24,000 nucleotides of DNA from Klebsiella phage KP6: sequence record OR882092.1, one strand, 5' to 3'. The translations under genes were made by a program, and so were the position numbers. Position 1 is the stretch's first letter. The number at the start of each line of letters is the position of its first letter. Below, one piece after another: positions 16,721 to 24,000 of this stretch. The notes beneath the pieces were generated by a model. That model was not told the DNA's origin and searched no databases. It saw nothing but the letters and a program-made list of their open reading frames with translations.

Positions 16721-17325
16721 CAACGTATATCATTCGTGGTGGGAATTTGTTGGAAGCCGCGAAAAGTTTCAATCTTATTAACGGATTCGCCCATGGCGCC
16801 AATTGCTGGTCGGTGATGGGCGCGGGTATCGCCAATTTCGTTCGGCTGGGATTTCCTGACGTCTGGCGCGCAGACCAGAACGATGAGCGCGGGCCGGAGC
16901 AGCGTCTCGGTGGCATGTCTTATGCTTTTGACCGTGACACGGGTGTTTGGGGCTTCAACCTGTATACTCAATTCTATACAGGCCCAAATGCTCGTATGCC
17001 TTCCGTTATCAGTTCTGTACAAGTGATGTTTGAACAACTTCACGAGATTATGGAAGCGAAGGATTCTGAAACGGTCTATATCGGCCTGCCAGCTATCGGC
17101 TGTGGTATCGGCGGTCTTAATCTGTATGACGTTGTCCGCCAGGTGGAAGCACTGGCTGAAACCCTGTACGAAGACACTCGCCGCCGGGTTGTCCCCGTGT
17201 TCTACATCATGGAAGTAGACAAGTTTGCGGAAGACATGGAAAATCTGAACGCGCTGGATGATGACATCAACGTCGTCGATTCTGAAGAAGAAATTATCCG
17301 GGTGGAGGGAGAACATGCTATTTAA
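16717..17325 (+). CDS. macro domain (ADP-ribose binding/hydrolase) protein
   Basis: GNLLEAAKSFNLINGFAHGANCWSVMGAGIANFVRLGFPDVWRAD and IGLPAIGCGIGGLNLYDV are macro-domain signatures. Confidence 0.88.
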   Translation: MTTYIIRGGNLLEAAKSFNLINGFAHGANCWSVMGAGIANFVRLGFPDVWRADQNDERGPEQRLGGMSYAFDRDTGVWGFNLYTQFYTGPNARMPSVISSVQVMFEQLHEIMEAKDSETVYIGLPAIGCGIGGLNLYDVVRQVEALAETLYEDTRRRVVPVFYIMEVDKFAEDMENLNALDDDINVVDSEEEIIRVEGEHAI

Positions 17326-17659
17326 ATCTCTCCGCCCAAAAGTCACGGAAAAGATGCTTGCTCAAGCCGCTCTTAATCCTTCCCGGCGCTTTGCATTCTT
17401 ACCAACACGATTGCATAACGGTGATTGGATATGGATGGAGGAGTACATCCGTGCTCCTATTGGGTTGTACGTGGGGACCAATTACCCAGATCCTGAATTA
17501 AACCTCAGGCAATATCGAGTGGGCGGCGATTGGGCTGATGATGGTGAATATTTCCCCCGTCGCAATTTCCTTTTGAAAGACAAATCATATCTTGACATAG
17601 ATTATATGTCTAAACATGATTTGGATCCCATTTCATTCCTTAAATTAAAGGCCGAATAA
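17315..17659 (+). CDS. hypothetical protein (ATG 17315)
   Basis: Overlaps the preceding stop by about 11 nt and is preceded by GGAGGGAG. Confidence 0.7.
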   Translation: MLFKSLRPKVTEKMLAQAALNPSRRFAFLPTRLHNGDWIWMEEYIRAPIGLYVGTNYPDPELNLRQYRVGGDWADDGEYFPRRNFLLKDKSYLDIDYMSKHDLDPISFLKLKAE

Positions 17660-17660
17660 A

Positions 17661-18290
17661 ATGTATAAATCAAATATTTTGGCGGTCGCCGATAGTGAAA
17701 CCCTGGGCCGCTGGGATGATGCTGTTATGTTATCCTGGGCGCAGACAGTAGCTGATTTGACCAAACGTTATACTCTCCAGCAACTAGTCGAAGAACGTAC
17801 CACATTCATTAAATTGAATGTCAAAGAGCAAATCGACCTCGGTCGTGTCAAAGAGAAAGTGACTGTAGACTGGTGGCTGGGAAACGGGAAATATAATCCA
17901 TGTGATGCCGCCCGTGAAGTCAGCCTGTATCCAAAGGAAGACGATATCTCCATCTATCAGCTGGCCGACGAAATCCGCAAAGGGTGTCATCGCCTGGGGG
18001 TTGATCCCAGATCGGTTGACTGGTGTGATCGAAATCTATTCGATCTGCGTAAAGCCCAGCATATCATTGAAGTGACCTGCGGGCAATACTCCAATGAGCC
18101 GTGGGATTACCACCACACATTTGATATCGTCAGCTGGCTGAAAGGCGTTGGCCAGATGGATCGCTATGCCGGCATCAAGGCATGGGAACTGGAAGGCATG
18201 GTATACCATGATCCTCGTTATGATGCTGCGCTGGATTGGCTCCGCATCCAGAAAACCATGGAAGATCTGATGGGATTAAAGGTGGAATAA
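17661..18290 (+). CDS. dexA: DexA-like 3'-5' DEDD exonuclease
   Basis: ILAVADSETLG (DxE), IKLNVKEQIDLGRVKEKVTVDWW, VDWCDRNLFDLRKA, YHDPRYDAALDW (DEDD motifs); layout resembles T4 exonuclease A. Confidence 0.75.
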   Translation: MYKSNILAVADSETLGRWDDAVMLSWAQTVADLTKRYTLQQLVEERTTFIKLNVKEQIDLGRVKEKVTVDWWLGNGKYNPCDAAREVSLYPKEDDISIYQLADEIRKGCHRLGVDPRSVDWCDRNLFDLRKAQHIIEVTCGQYSNEPWDYHHTFDIVSWLKGVGQMDRYAGIKAWELEGMVYHDPRYDAALDWLRIQKTMEDLMGLKVE

Positions 18291-18586
18291 TGTTTATTTT
18301 CACTGCTATCGGTATGATATTTGTGGGATGCATTGTGCTCATCGCGATATATTTGATCTATAGCAATTATATCCATCCATTGTTCCAGGCAATCAGCTTA
18401 ACCCGCTGGCAAATCGCATGTGTGAAACCAACTCGGAAAGTAACTTTCAAAGACTTCTGGGCATGCATATGTCATTATTATGAAGTTGGTGGCTGGGTTG
18501 GCTCTCACGTCTGGAACAATCTTGGTGAATGGCGTGGAATAGGCCGATGGAAAGTTTATAAATCTGATAAAGATGAAGCCCCATAA
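18290..18586 (+). CDS. small membrane protein
   Basis: 98-aa ORF, N-terminal TM MFIFTAIGMIFVGCIVLIAIYLIY; TAATG overlap with the upstream stop. Confidence 0.65.
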   Translation: MFIFTAIGMIFVGCIVLIAIYLIYSNYIHPLFQAISLTRWQIACVKPTRKVTFKDFWACICHYYEVGGWVGSHVWNNLGEWRGIGRWKVYKSDKDEAP

Positions 18587-18595
18587 GGGGCTTTT
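18576..18595 (+). terminator. rho-independent terminator overlapping the end of the upstream CDS
   Basis: AAGCCCC-ATAA-GGGGCTTTT. Confidence 0.85.
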
Positions 18596-18649
18596 CTATA
18601 TACGAAATAACGTATTATTGTGATATATCTATCTAACCCGAGACGAATC

Positions 18650-18871
18650 ATGAGCATATCCCGTACCAAAACTGCCAGAACTGCCACATTCAATGTTGGT
18701 GGTATAGAATTATACCATCATTATGCCCGTGATTCCCACGGTGTTACGACCAACACGTATATGGCCGATAGTCATATTGTGACCAAGGAAGAATTCTATA
18801 AGATCATTCAGGATTCTTTAAAGGGGGCGGAACGGTATATTGCCCAGGCTCTCGGAATGATTAGGGTGTAA
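18650..18871 (+). CDS. hypothetical protein (ATG 18650)
   Basis: 73-aa ORF MSISRTKTARTATFNVGG. Confidence 0.55.
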   Translation: MSISRTKTARTATFNVGGIELYHHYARDSHGVTTNTYMADSHIVTKEEFYKIIQDSLKGAERYIAQALGMIRV

Positions 18872-18874
18872 TCA

Positions 18875-18903
18875 TTGACGGTGTGTTAATCAATTTCTAT
18901 AAT
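18875..18903 (+). promoter_or_regulatory. sigma70-type promoter
   Basis: TTGACG(18875-18880) - 17 nt - TATAAT(18898-18903), upstream of the ATG at 18923. Confidence 0.8.
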
Positions 18904-18922
18904 GATCTCAGAGGAAAAGAAT

Positions 18923-19495
18923 ATGGCGGGTAAAGTTTTCTTTTTGGGTGATCCCCACCTGAAACATAAAAAGATCCCCAAATCACGTGGGTTTGAAACA
19001 GTCGATGAACACGACACCGCAGTTATCGACAGCATATTCCAAACGTGTGGCCGGGATGATTCCTTGATCATTACGGGCGACACATGCTTCGGTGGCCCAG
19101 ATGCGTTCATCGAACTGATGCGAGAAGGCGCGGCGCGTAACCTACCAAAGATGCATGGTAAGGTTACTGATGATTGGCGGCCCAACTTCAACATCAAAGT
19201 AACCCAGGGGAATCACGACAGCTTTTCAATGCTGATGCAGTTATTCCTAAGTGAATGGATCAGCAAATTCTGTTCTTTGTTTGAATACAAGATGGCTCGG
19301 AGTGACGGCAGCATCTCCAAAGTGATTGTCACTCATGTGCCCGTACTCCTGGATCGTTGGGAATATAATGTTCACGGGCATTGGCATTCCCGCAAAGTAG
19401 GGAACCCGGATTACCTGAATTCAAGCTGGGATCATTTACGCCGCCCGGCTACGTTTGAAGAACTATTACAGCTGCACAATGGGGAATCATTATGA
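18923..19495 (+). CDS. calcineurin-like metallophosphoesterase
   Basis: FLGDPHLKHK, ITGDTCFGG, VTQGNHDSF, NVHGHWHSRK; SD GAGGAAAAG. Confidence 0.85.
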   Translation: MAGKVFFLGDPHLKHKKIPKSRGFETVDEHDTAVIDSIFQTCGRDDSLIITGDTCFGGPDAFIELMREGAARNLPKMHGKVTDDWRPNFNIKVTQGNHDSFSMLMQLFLSEWISKFCSLFEYKMARSDGSISKVIVTHVPVLLDRWEYNVHGHWHSRKVGNPDYLNSSWDHLRRPATFEELLQLHNGESL

Positions 19496-19887
19496 CACAA
19501 GAAGCCTTTTTGAAAGTTTATGTCGGTAAGGGTGAGACTATCGCATATGATTCCACCACTGATTATAAGAAAACTGAAAAGATGATAAAGGATATCGTCT
19601 TTGTTTGCGACCGCTGGGGTGACCGCTATCCCAATAGAAATATTCGCAGCGCCGATCTAATGAAATTCATACCTGGCATCCGAAATGATATCAGTTCGGG
19701 CTGTGTATATTGCTTTTCCTCAGATTTGGAAAAGGCCAAATTAATCCTGGTTGAATCTATCAACATGCGCCTTGTCCGAGCGGTTGATTCATTTATGAAA
19801 CAAATGGCTTGGCATGCTGAATCCGTAAAAAATGTATCTGGTGTCAAAACGGTTAAAATAATTCCTGAATATGAGACAAAATCATGA
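19492..19887 (+). CDS. hypothetical protein
   Basis: 131-aa ORF, ATGA overlap on both sides. Confidence 0.65.
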   Translation: MTQEAFLKVYVGKGETIAYDSTTDYKKTEKMIKDIVFVCDRWGDRYPNRNIRSADLMKFIPGIRNDISSGCVYCFSSDLEKAKLILVESINMRLVRAVDSFMKQMAWHAESVKNVSGVKTVKIIPEYETKS

Positions 19888-20255
19888 TAATCGGTATCGA
19901 TTTTGATGGGACATGTGTTACCCATGAATATCCTCTCATCGGACGCCATATTGGTGCTGTAGAGGTTCTAAAAAAGTTGGTGGATAAAAATCATCTTCTG
20001 ATTCTGTTCACCATGCGCAGCGGGAAACAACTTGAAGAAGCGGTTGATTGGTTCCAGTCATTTGATATCCCGCTGTATGGTATCAACAAGAATCCGACAC
20101 AGCATGAATGGACAGATTCACCAAAAGCATATGCGCAATTGTATATTGACGACGCTGCTCTTGGTTGTCCTCTGAGTTATGACCCAATGTCTAAGCGCCC
20201 CTTCGTGGATTGGGGTGAAGTTGAAATTATCCTTGAAAGAGCGGGAATATTATGA
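19884..20255 (+). CDS. HAD-like hydrolase
   Basis: IIGIDFDGTCVTH motif I, LFTMRSGKQL motif II, LYIDDAALG C-terminal acidic motif; ATGA overlaps. Confidence 0.75.
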   Translation: MIIGIDFDGTCVTHEYPLIGRHIGAVEVLKKLVDKNHLLILFTMRSGKQLEEAVDWFQSFDIPLYGINKNPTQHEWTDSPKAYAQLYIDDAALGCPLSYDPMSKRPFVDWGEVEIILERAGIL

Positions 20256-20647
20256 AAGCGAAAGATACTGTTGTGAAAACTCAAAAATGGCCTCGCTATA
20301 CGGCTCATCAATTGAATTATATGCTGGGTATGCGTAATTTTGAGGACGGCGTTCGCCTCACTCGTCATGGTCGTCATGAAAAACGCTGTGTCAAGTCCTG
20401 GAAGAACGAAAAGGGTGTCCGCGTTTGGAATTTTACCCCGAGCCGGCATCTGACCAACGTCCTGGGTGATCCTTGGGATACCCAAACCGGGGAGTCTCTG
20501 CTCAAGAAAGGGTTGATTGAGCCTTGGTTTACTGTAACCCATGATGGCGGTCATGACGCCCCTGACGGCAATTACCGCTATGCTCGTGGGAAAGTGATCC
20601 AATTCTATCGCCTGACTGCGCTGGGGCGAGAAATCTGCCTGAACTAA
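20252..20647 (+). CDS. hypothetical protein
   Basis: 131-aa ORF, ATGA overlap with the HAD-like gene. Confidence 0.65.
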   Translation: MKAKDTVVKTQKWPRYTAHQLNYMLGMRNFEDGVRLTRHGRHEKRCVKSWKNEKGVRVWNFTPSRHLTNVLGDPWDTQTGESLLKKGLIEPWFTVTHDGGHDAPDGNYRYARGKVIQFYRLTALGREICLN

Positions 20648-20666
20648 ATTTGAAAGCGTATTGAAA

Positions 20667-20688
20667 AAGGAGAGTATATACTCTCCTT
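20667..20688. repeat. 22-nt perfect palindrome in intergenic gap
   Basis: AAGGAGAGTATATACTCTCCTT. Confidence 0.9.
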
Positions 20689-20709
20689 AATTCATTAGGA
20701 GATGCCATT

Positions 20710-21054
20710 ATGATGCCGCTAAAAGAGTTGTATGAACGTGTGTTAGAATTGAAGGCCAAAGAACGCCTTTATTCAGAAGAAGCTGCGGAGTTGTCTGACC
20801 TTACGGACAAAATCGTTCTGCGTGAGAAATATCTGATGCGTTATGTCAATCATTATCCTCATGCTGATAATGTCATAACCACCGCGCTTGAGAAATTCGC
20901 AGGCCGCGAAGTCAATGATACACTGAAAGACGAAATGCGAACCGTCATCAGCAATATCATCCATAGCTGGGTCGCATCCCTGGCAGTTTCATGCAAGTTT
21001 GACGGTGAAGACCTGATCTTCATGTTCTCACAAGAGGTCAATGTCCATGATTAA
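20710..21054 (+). CDS. hypothetical protein
   Basis: 114-aa ORF; AGGAG upstream; start 20710 or 20713. Confidence 0.65.
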   Translation: MMPLKELYERVLELKAKERLYSEEAAELSDLTDKIVLREKYLMRYVNHYPHADNVITTALEKFAGREVNDTLKDEMRTVISNIIHSWVASLAVSCKFDGEDLIFMFSQEVNVHD

Positions 21055-21553
21055 GCCAAGGATGATGTTTGCCCATATGAGAGCAGCCCAGGCATATGGC
21101 AAAACCAGTTATGCCCGCCGTCTCCAGGTTGGATGTGTTATCGTAGATCCTCGGGTTGATCAGCCGTTGGCTATTGGCTGGAATGGCACCGCACCCGGCG
21201 CTCCTAATGTGTGCGAAATAGAAGTAGACGGCCAGCTGGTATCTGATGGTGTTATTCATGCCGAAGAAAATGCTCTGAACCGTTTACCTCAACATGCGGC
21301 AGATTGGTGTGGCCTGGTTATGTTCGTCACTCACAGTCCTTGCCCTGAGTGCACCAAACGTATTATTGCCAGCGGCAAGATCGATAAAGTGATCTACTGT
21401 GAACCGTACAGGATCACCACTGGTATCGTAGAAATGATGAATGCCGGCATTGAAGTCTATCGTATGGTTGACCAATTTGCCATTCTGAAATATAGTTTTA
21501 ATGATAAAGGCGAGCTGACCACAACTCCCTTTTGCGTAAACCCCGACAAATAA
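21041..21553 (+). CDS. cd: deoxycytidylate deaminase
   Basis: GCVIVDPR, DGVIHAEENAL (HAE), THSPCPECTKRIIASG (PCxxC). Confidence 0.9.
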   Translation: MSMIKPRMMFAHMRAAQAYGKTSYARRLQVGCVIVDPRVDQPLAIGWNGTAPGAPNVCEIEVDGQLVSDGVIHAEENALNRLPQHAADWCGLVMFVTHSPCPECTKRIIASGKIDKVIYCEPYRITTGIVEMMNAGIEVYRMVDQFAILKYSFNDKGELTTTPFCVNPDK

Positions 21554-21563
21554 GGAAAACAAA

Positions 21564-21971
21564 ATGCGTTATGTAGATCGTATGCTCGGCCAGAACGAAC
21601 ACGTGATTGGCTTTACCCGCCCGACCTGGTGGAGTGGATTTTGGGTCTATTTCTGGGTGGCTGTATTCCTCGTTCCGACTTTTGGTATCAGCCTGTTTTT
21701 CCTGATTCCCACGGTCATTCGGAACCTGACGACTGAATTTGCCGTCACCAACAAGCGCGTTATCTTCAAAACAGGGTTTATCCGTCGTGATGCAGATGAA
21801 CTCCGTTTGGGTAAAGTTGAAACCGTAAAGGTCGACCAGTCCATCACCGGGCGCGTCCTGCGGTTTTCAACGATCAGCGTCATTGGTACTGGCGGCACTC
21901 GTCTTGTTGCCAAGGGCTGTGCCAAGGGTAATGATTTCCGGCGCGTGATTTACGACCATCTGGATAACTGA
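21564..21971 (+). CDS. membrane protein with bacterial PH (bPH2/YdbS-like) domain
   Basis: Two hydrophobic segments then NLTTEFAVTNKRVIFKTGFIRRDADELRLGKVETVKVDQSITGRVLRFSTISVIGTGGT. Confidence 0.75.
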   Translation: MRYVDRMLGQNEHVIGFTRPTWWSGFWVYFWVAVFLVPTFGISLFFLIPTVIRNLTTEFAVTNKRVIFKTGFIRRDADELRLGKVETVKVDQSITGRVLRFSTISVIGTGGTRLVAKGCAKGNDFRRVIYDHLDN

Positions 21972-21973
21972 TT

Positions 21974-22177
21974 ATGATCGTGTCTGGTTATTCATTGGAA
22001 CTTTATTGCGATTGTGCTGACTGCACTCAATACAGATCTTCTCAATACAGCACGTCGTATCCCAAAATATATGCGGGTGAGACATATGCTGAATGTGCTA
22101 AAGAAGCCCGGAAGGATGGTTGGTATATCAGTCGCGATAAATTAAAATGCATAGCTCCCGGGCATAGCGGATCATAA
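21974..22177 (+). CDS. small Cys-containing hypothetical protein
   Basis: 67-aa ORF with LYCDCADCTQ and KLKCIAPGH. Confidence 0.6.
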   Translation: MIVSGYSLELYCDCADCTQYRSSQYSTSYPKIYAGETYAECAKEARKDGWYISRDKLKCIAPGHSGS

Positions 22178-22178
22178 G

Positions 22179-22796
22179 TTAAGGCAACAAGAGACCATCA
22201 TCACGTTCCTTTGGTTCGTTCGATTTGATGGTCTTTTTCATTTGTTCTTTCAGAGCCCTGATGTTCTCTTCCCGCCGCCGATCTTGTATTTCCTTTTCTC
22301 TTTTCATTTTAGATCTGAGAGCAAATTGCTTCTTGACATCAGGATCTTCCCCAGGAACGAGGTGCTCTTCTGTCCAGATAATAAATGACCATCCCATCTT
22401 TGCACAATGCTCTCGGGTTGCTGTCCATTTAGCCTGATTGACCAGATAAGTCCGCATAGAATTATTGAAGGTTGATTCCTTCATTGTCTTCGTTTTCTTC
22501 GGTTCCTTGATTTGGTCTTTGGGCTTGATCTCAATCAATGTGACTTTGAGTTCTTCACTATTGGGTGATCTGGTCCATACTTTCAAATCCATGAAATAGC
22601 GATGCGGTCGACCATCAACTGGTGAAATATAAGGGATGACAGTTTCTTCGGATGACCAATAGACAATAGCCGGGTTTGTATCACAAAATTTGAATGCCAC
22701 CAGTTCTAGAGAAGACCGGAAAACAATTTTATGAATGTCACCTTTGTATTTCTTGGGATTTACGGGGGCATATTTCCCCTGAAGATACATAGCCAT
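22179..22796 (-). CDS. 4: head completion protein, T4 gp4-like, TnsA-type nuclease fold
   Basis: GKYAPVNPKKYKGDIHKIVFRSSLELVAFKFCDTNPAIVYWSSEETVIPYISPVDGRPHRYFMDLKV, EIKPKDQ. Confidence 0.88.
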   Translation of the reverse strand: MAMYLQGKYAPVNPKKYKGDIHKIVFRSSLELVAFKFCDTNPAIVYWSSEETVIPYISPVDGRPHRYFMDLKVWTRSPNSEELKVTLIEIKPKDQIKEPKKTKTMKESTFNNSMRTYLVNQAKWTATREHCAKMGWSFIIWTEEHLVPGEDPDVKKQFALRSKMKREKEIQDRRREENIRALKEQMKKTIKSNEPKERDDGLLLP

Positions 22797-22805
22797 AATT
22801 GAGTC

Positions 22806-22812
22806 CTAAATA
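22806..22812 (+). promoter_or_regulatory. possible T4-type late promoter -10 (CTAAATA) upstream of the gp48-like gene
   Basis: CTAAATA 38 nt upstream of ATG 22850; resembles the TATAAATA late motif. Confidence 0.5.
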
Positions 22813-22849
22813 GTGTCAACATTCTATTTCTAATTAAGGGCTGAAGACC

Positions 22850-23818
22850 ATGGCGAATTTCAAGTCTACCCTGGATAAGATCAAAGTTCTGAACACCAAA
22901 GGCTTGACACAGGCCCAGAAACAATTGGTCTATCCTCTGGATATCACCGGGGGTAAAACCCTTGGCCATTATGTTCTGTTCAACATCAACAGGATCTCTG
23001 GTTCTTCTTATGGAAGCACCGCAACACAGACGGTTCAGAACCCTATCCAGAACCCGCTGGGTAATACCCCTGTTGTGTATGGTACCAAATCAGGGTCCAT
23101 CAGCAAATATGCCTGGGCACGTCACGTGCGTTCTAACGAGTCCATTGTCCTGTGTATGCCCGAATCCATCACTACCAACTATGGCGTTGGCTGGAACGGC
23201 TCTGAGTTGGGTCTCGCTGGTATGGGTGCCCAATTCCTTTCCCGCGCCGCCCAGGATATGAGCCAGTTCAAACTTGGTGATGCTCTCAATGTTGGTAAGG
23301 AAATGGGTCGGTTTGCCGCGACGAAGGCTATCCAATCGGCTTCAGAGTCTATCCCGTTCCTTCCGACGATTAACGCTCATGACACTCTGGAGTTGTTCAC
23401 TGGCACTATGACGAATCCATACGTGGAAATGATCTTCCAGGGGGTGCGAAACCGTGAAATCCCATTCACTTTCAAATTCACACCGCGCTCTCAGAAAGAA
23501 GCCAAAATGGTCAGAGAGATCATTCGTCTGTTCAAGATGCATATGTATCCTGAATACAAATACAACAAGAACTCCAGCGCGTTTTACCTTCACCCATCGA
23601 CATTTGATATTACATTCATGGTGCAAGGTGAACGCAACAAATGGTTGCACCGGATTTCGACATGCGTTCTGTCAAACATGTTCGTCAACGAAACCCCGGA
23701 TTCGTCGTATGCAGTCCACAAAGATGATAGCATCGTGTCTACCCAAATTGACATGACATTTATCGAACTGGAACCTCTGCACAAAGGCCGCTTTGATACC
23801 GAAGGCGACAGCTTCTAA
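22850..23818 (+). CDS. 48: baseplate tail tube cap protein, gp48-like
   Basis: YPLDITGGKTLGHYVLFNINR, FKFTPRSQKEAKMVREIIRLFKMHMYPEYK, FDITFM...TCVLSNMFVNETPDSSYAVHKDDSIVSTQIDMTFIELEPL; next to gp4-like and gp53-like genes. Confidence 0.7.
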   Translation: MANFKSTLDKIKVLNTKGLTQAQKQLVYPLDITGGKTLGHYVLFNINRISGSSYGSTATQTVQNPIQNPLGNTPVVYGTKSGSISKYAWARHVRSNESIVLCMPESITTNYGVGWNGSELGLAGMGAQFLSRAAQDMSQFKLGDALNVGKEMGRFAATKAIQSASESIPFLPTINAHDTLELFTGTMTNPYVEMIFQGVRNREIPFTFKFTPRSQKEAKMVREIIRLFKMHMYPEYKYNKNSSAFYLHPSTFDITFMVQGERNKWLHRISTCVLSNMFVNETPDSSYAVHKDDSIVSTQIDMTFIELEPLHKGRFDTEGDSF

Positions 23819-23832
23819 TCCAGGAGACGATT

Positions 23833-24000
23833 ATGAAATTCTTTGAGAAATTCCCCCTCGTCTGGCATCAGCTAATTGATTGTCAGCAGGATGATCAGGT
23901 TTTATTACAGAACCTATCGCGCCGTGTGATGATCATACAGAAGATTAAGGACATCGAAGGGCTTCTCCTCCCGTATAACATTTATGATGGGGAAACCCCA
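23833..24000 (+). CDS. 3'-truncated CDS, possibly baseplate wedge gp53-like
   Basis: ATG 23833 after AGGAG; MKFFEKFPLVWHQLIDCQQDD...LLLPYNIYDGETP open to the window end; position after gp48-like gene. Confidence 0.55.
   Translation, partial: MKFFEKFPLVWHQLIDCQQDDQVLLQNLSRRVMIIQKIKDIEGLLLPYNIYDGETP

Noticed and set aside
16438-17346. 302-aa minus-strand ORF
   Set aside because: It is antisense to the clear macro-domain gene and its neighbour, lacks recognisable motifs, and is a shadow ORF.
22797-22830. Minus-strand TTGACA (complement of 22814-22819) as a sigma70 promoter for the gp4-like gene
   Set aside because: At 16-17 nt spacing, the -10 would fall on the start codon region (TATGGC), so it is not convincing.
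22454-22874. Plus-strand + ORF search opposite gp4-like gene for a hidden gene
   Set aside because: No credible + strand coding frame with motif support; the minus-strand gp4-like protein explains the region.
1-24000. CRISPR arrays, tRNA genes, transposon ends, group I introns or homing endonucleases
   Set aside because: By eye, no regularly spaced repeats, no tRNA-like cloverleaf/T-loop sequence, no inverted terminal repeats with transposase, and conserved genes are uninterrupted. tRNAscan-SE and Infernal would be decisive.

Overview
The window is a densely packed segment of a T4-related, tailed myovirus-like phage genome, almost all on the + strand. Genes recognisable by motif and adjacency are: rIIA-like GHKL ATPase, rIIB-like, an Ig-domain (Hoc-like) decoration protein candidate, both subunits of the phage type II topoisomerase (gp39/gp60-type fused large subunit, and gp52), a DexA-like DEDD exonuclease, a macro-domain protein, a metallophosphoesterase, a HAD-like phosphatase, dCMP deaminase, a bacterial-PH-domain membrane protein, gp4-like TnsA-fold head completion protein (the only confident minus-strand gene), a gp48-like baseplate tail-tube cap protein, and the start of a gp53-like gene. 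Many small hypothetical ORFs lie between them. No tRNA, rRNA, CRISPR array or transposon was recognised. The most interesting observations are: (1) a LemA-like membrane protein directly downstream of a possible TPM-domain protein, which resembles a bacterial gene pairing but sits in a phage; (2) a candidate NADAR/YbiA-like protein overlapping a MazG-like pyrophosphohydrolase, in the same window as a macro-domain protein, which could be an ADP-ribose/NAD-related counter-defence or nucleotide-salvage module; (3) an attenuator-like pair of mutually exclusive hairpins at 15157-15191; (4) a near-consensus host sigma70 promoter at 18875-18903 ahead of a translationally coupled cassette; (5) a CTAAATA late-promoter-like site in the gp4/gp48 divergent region. 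All family calls are by eye from the sequence and need profile-based confirmation.
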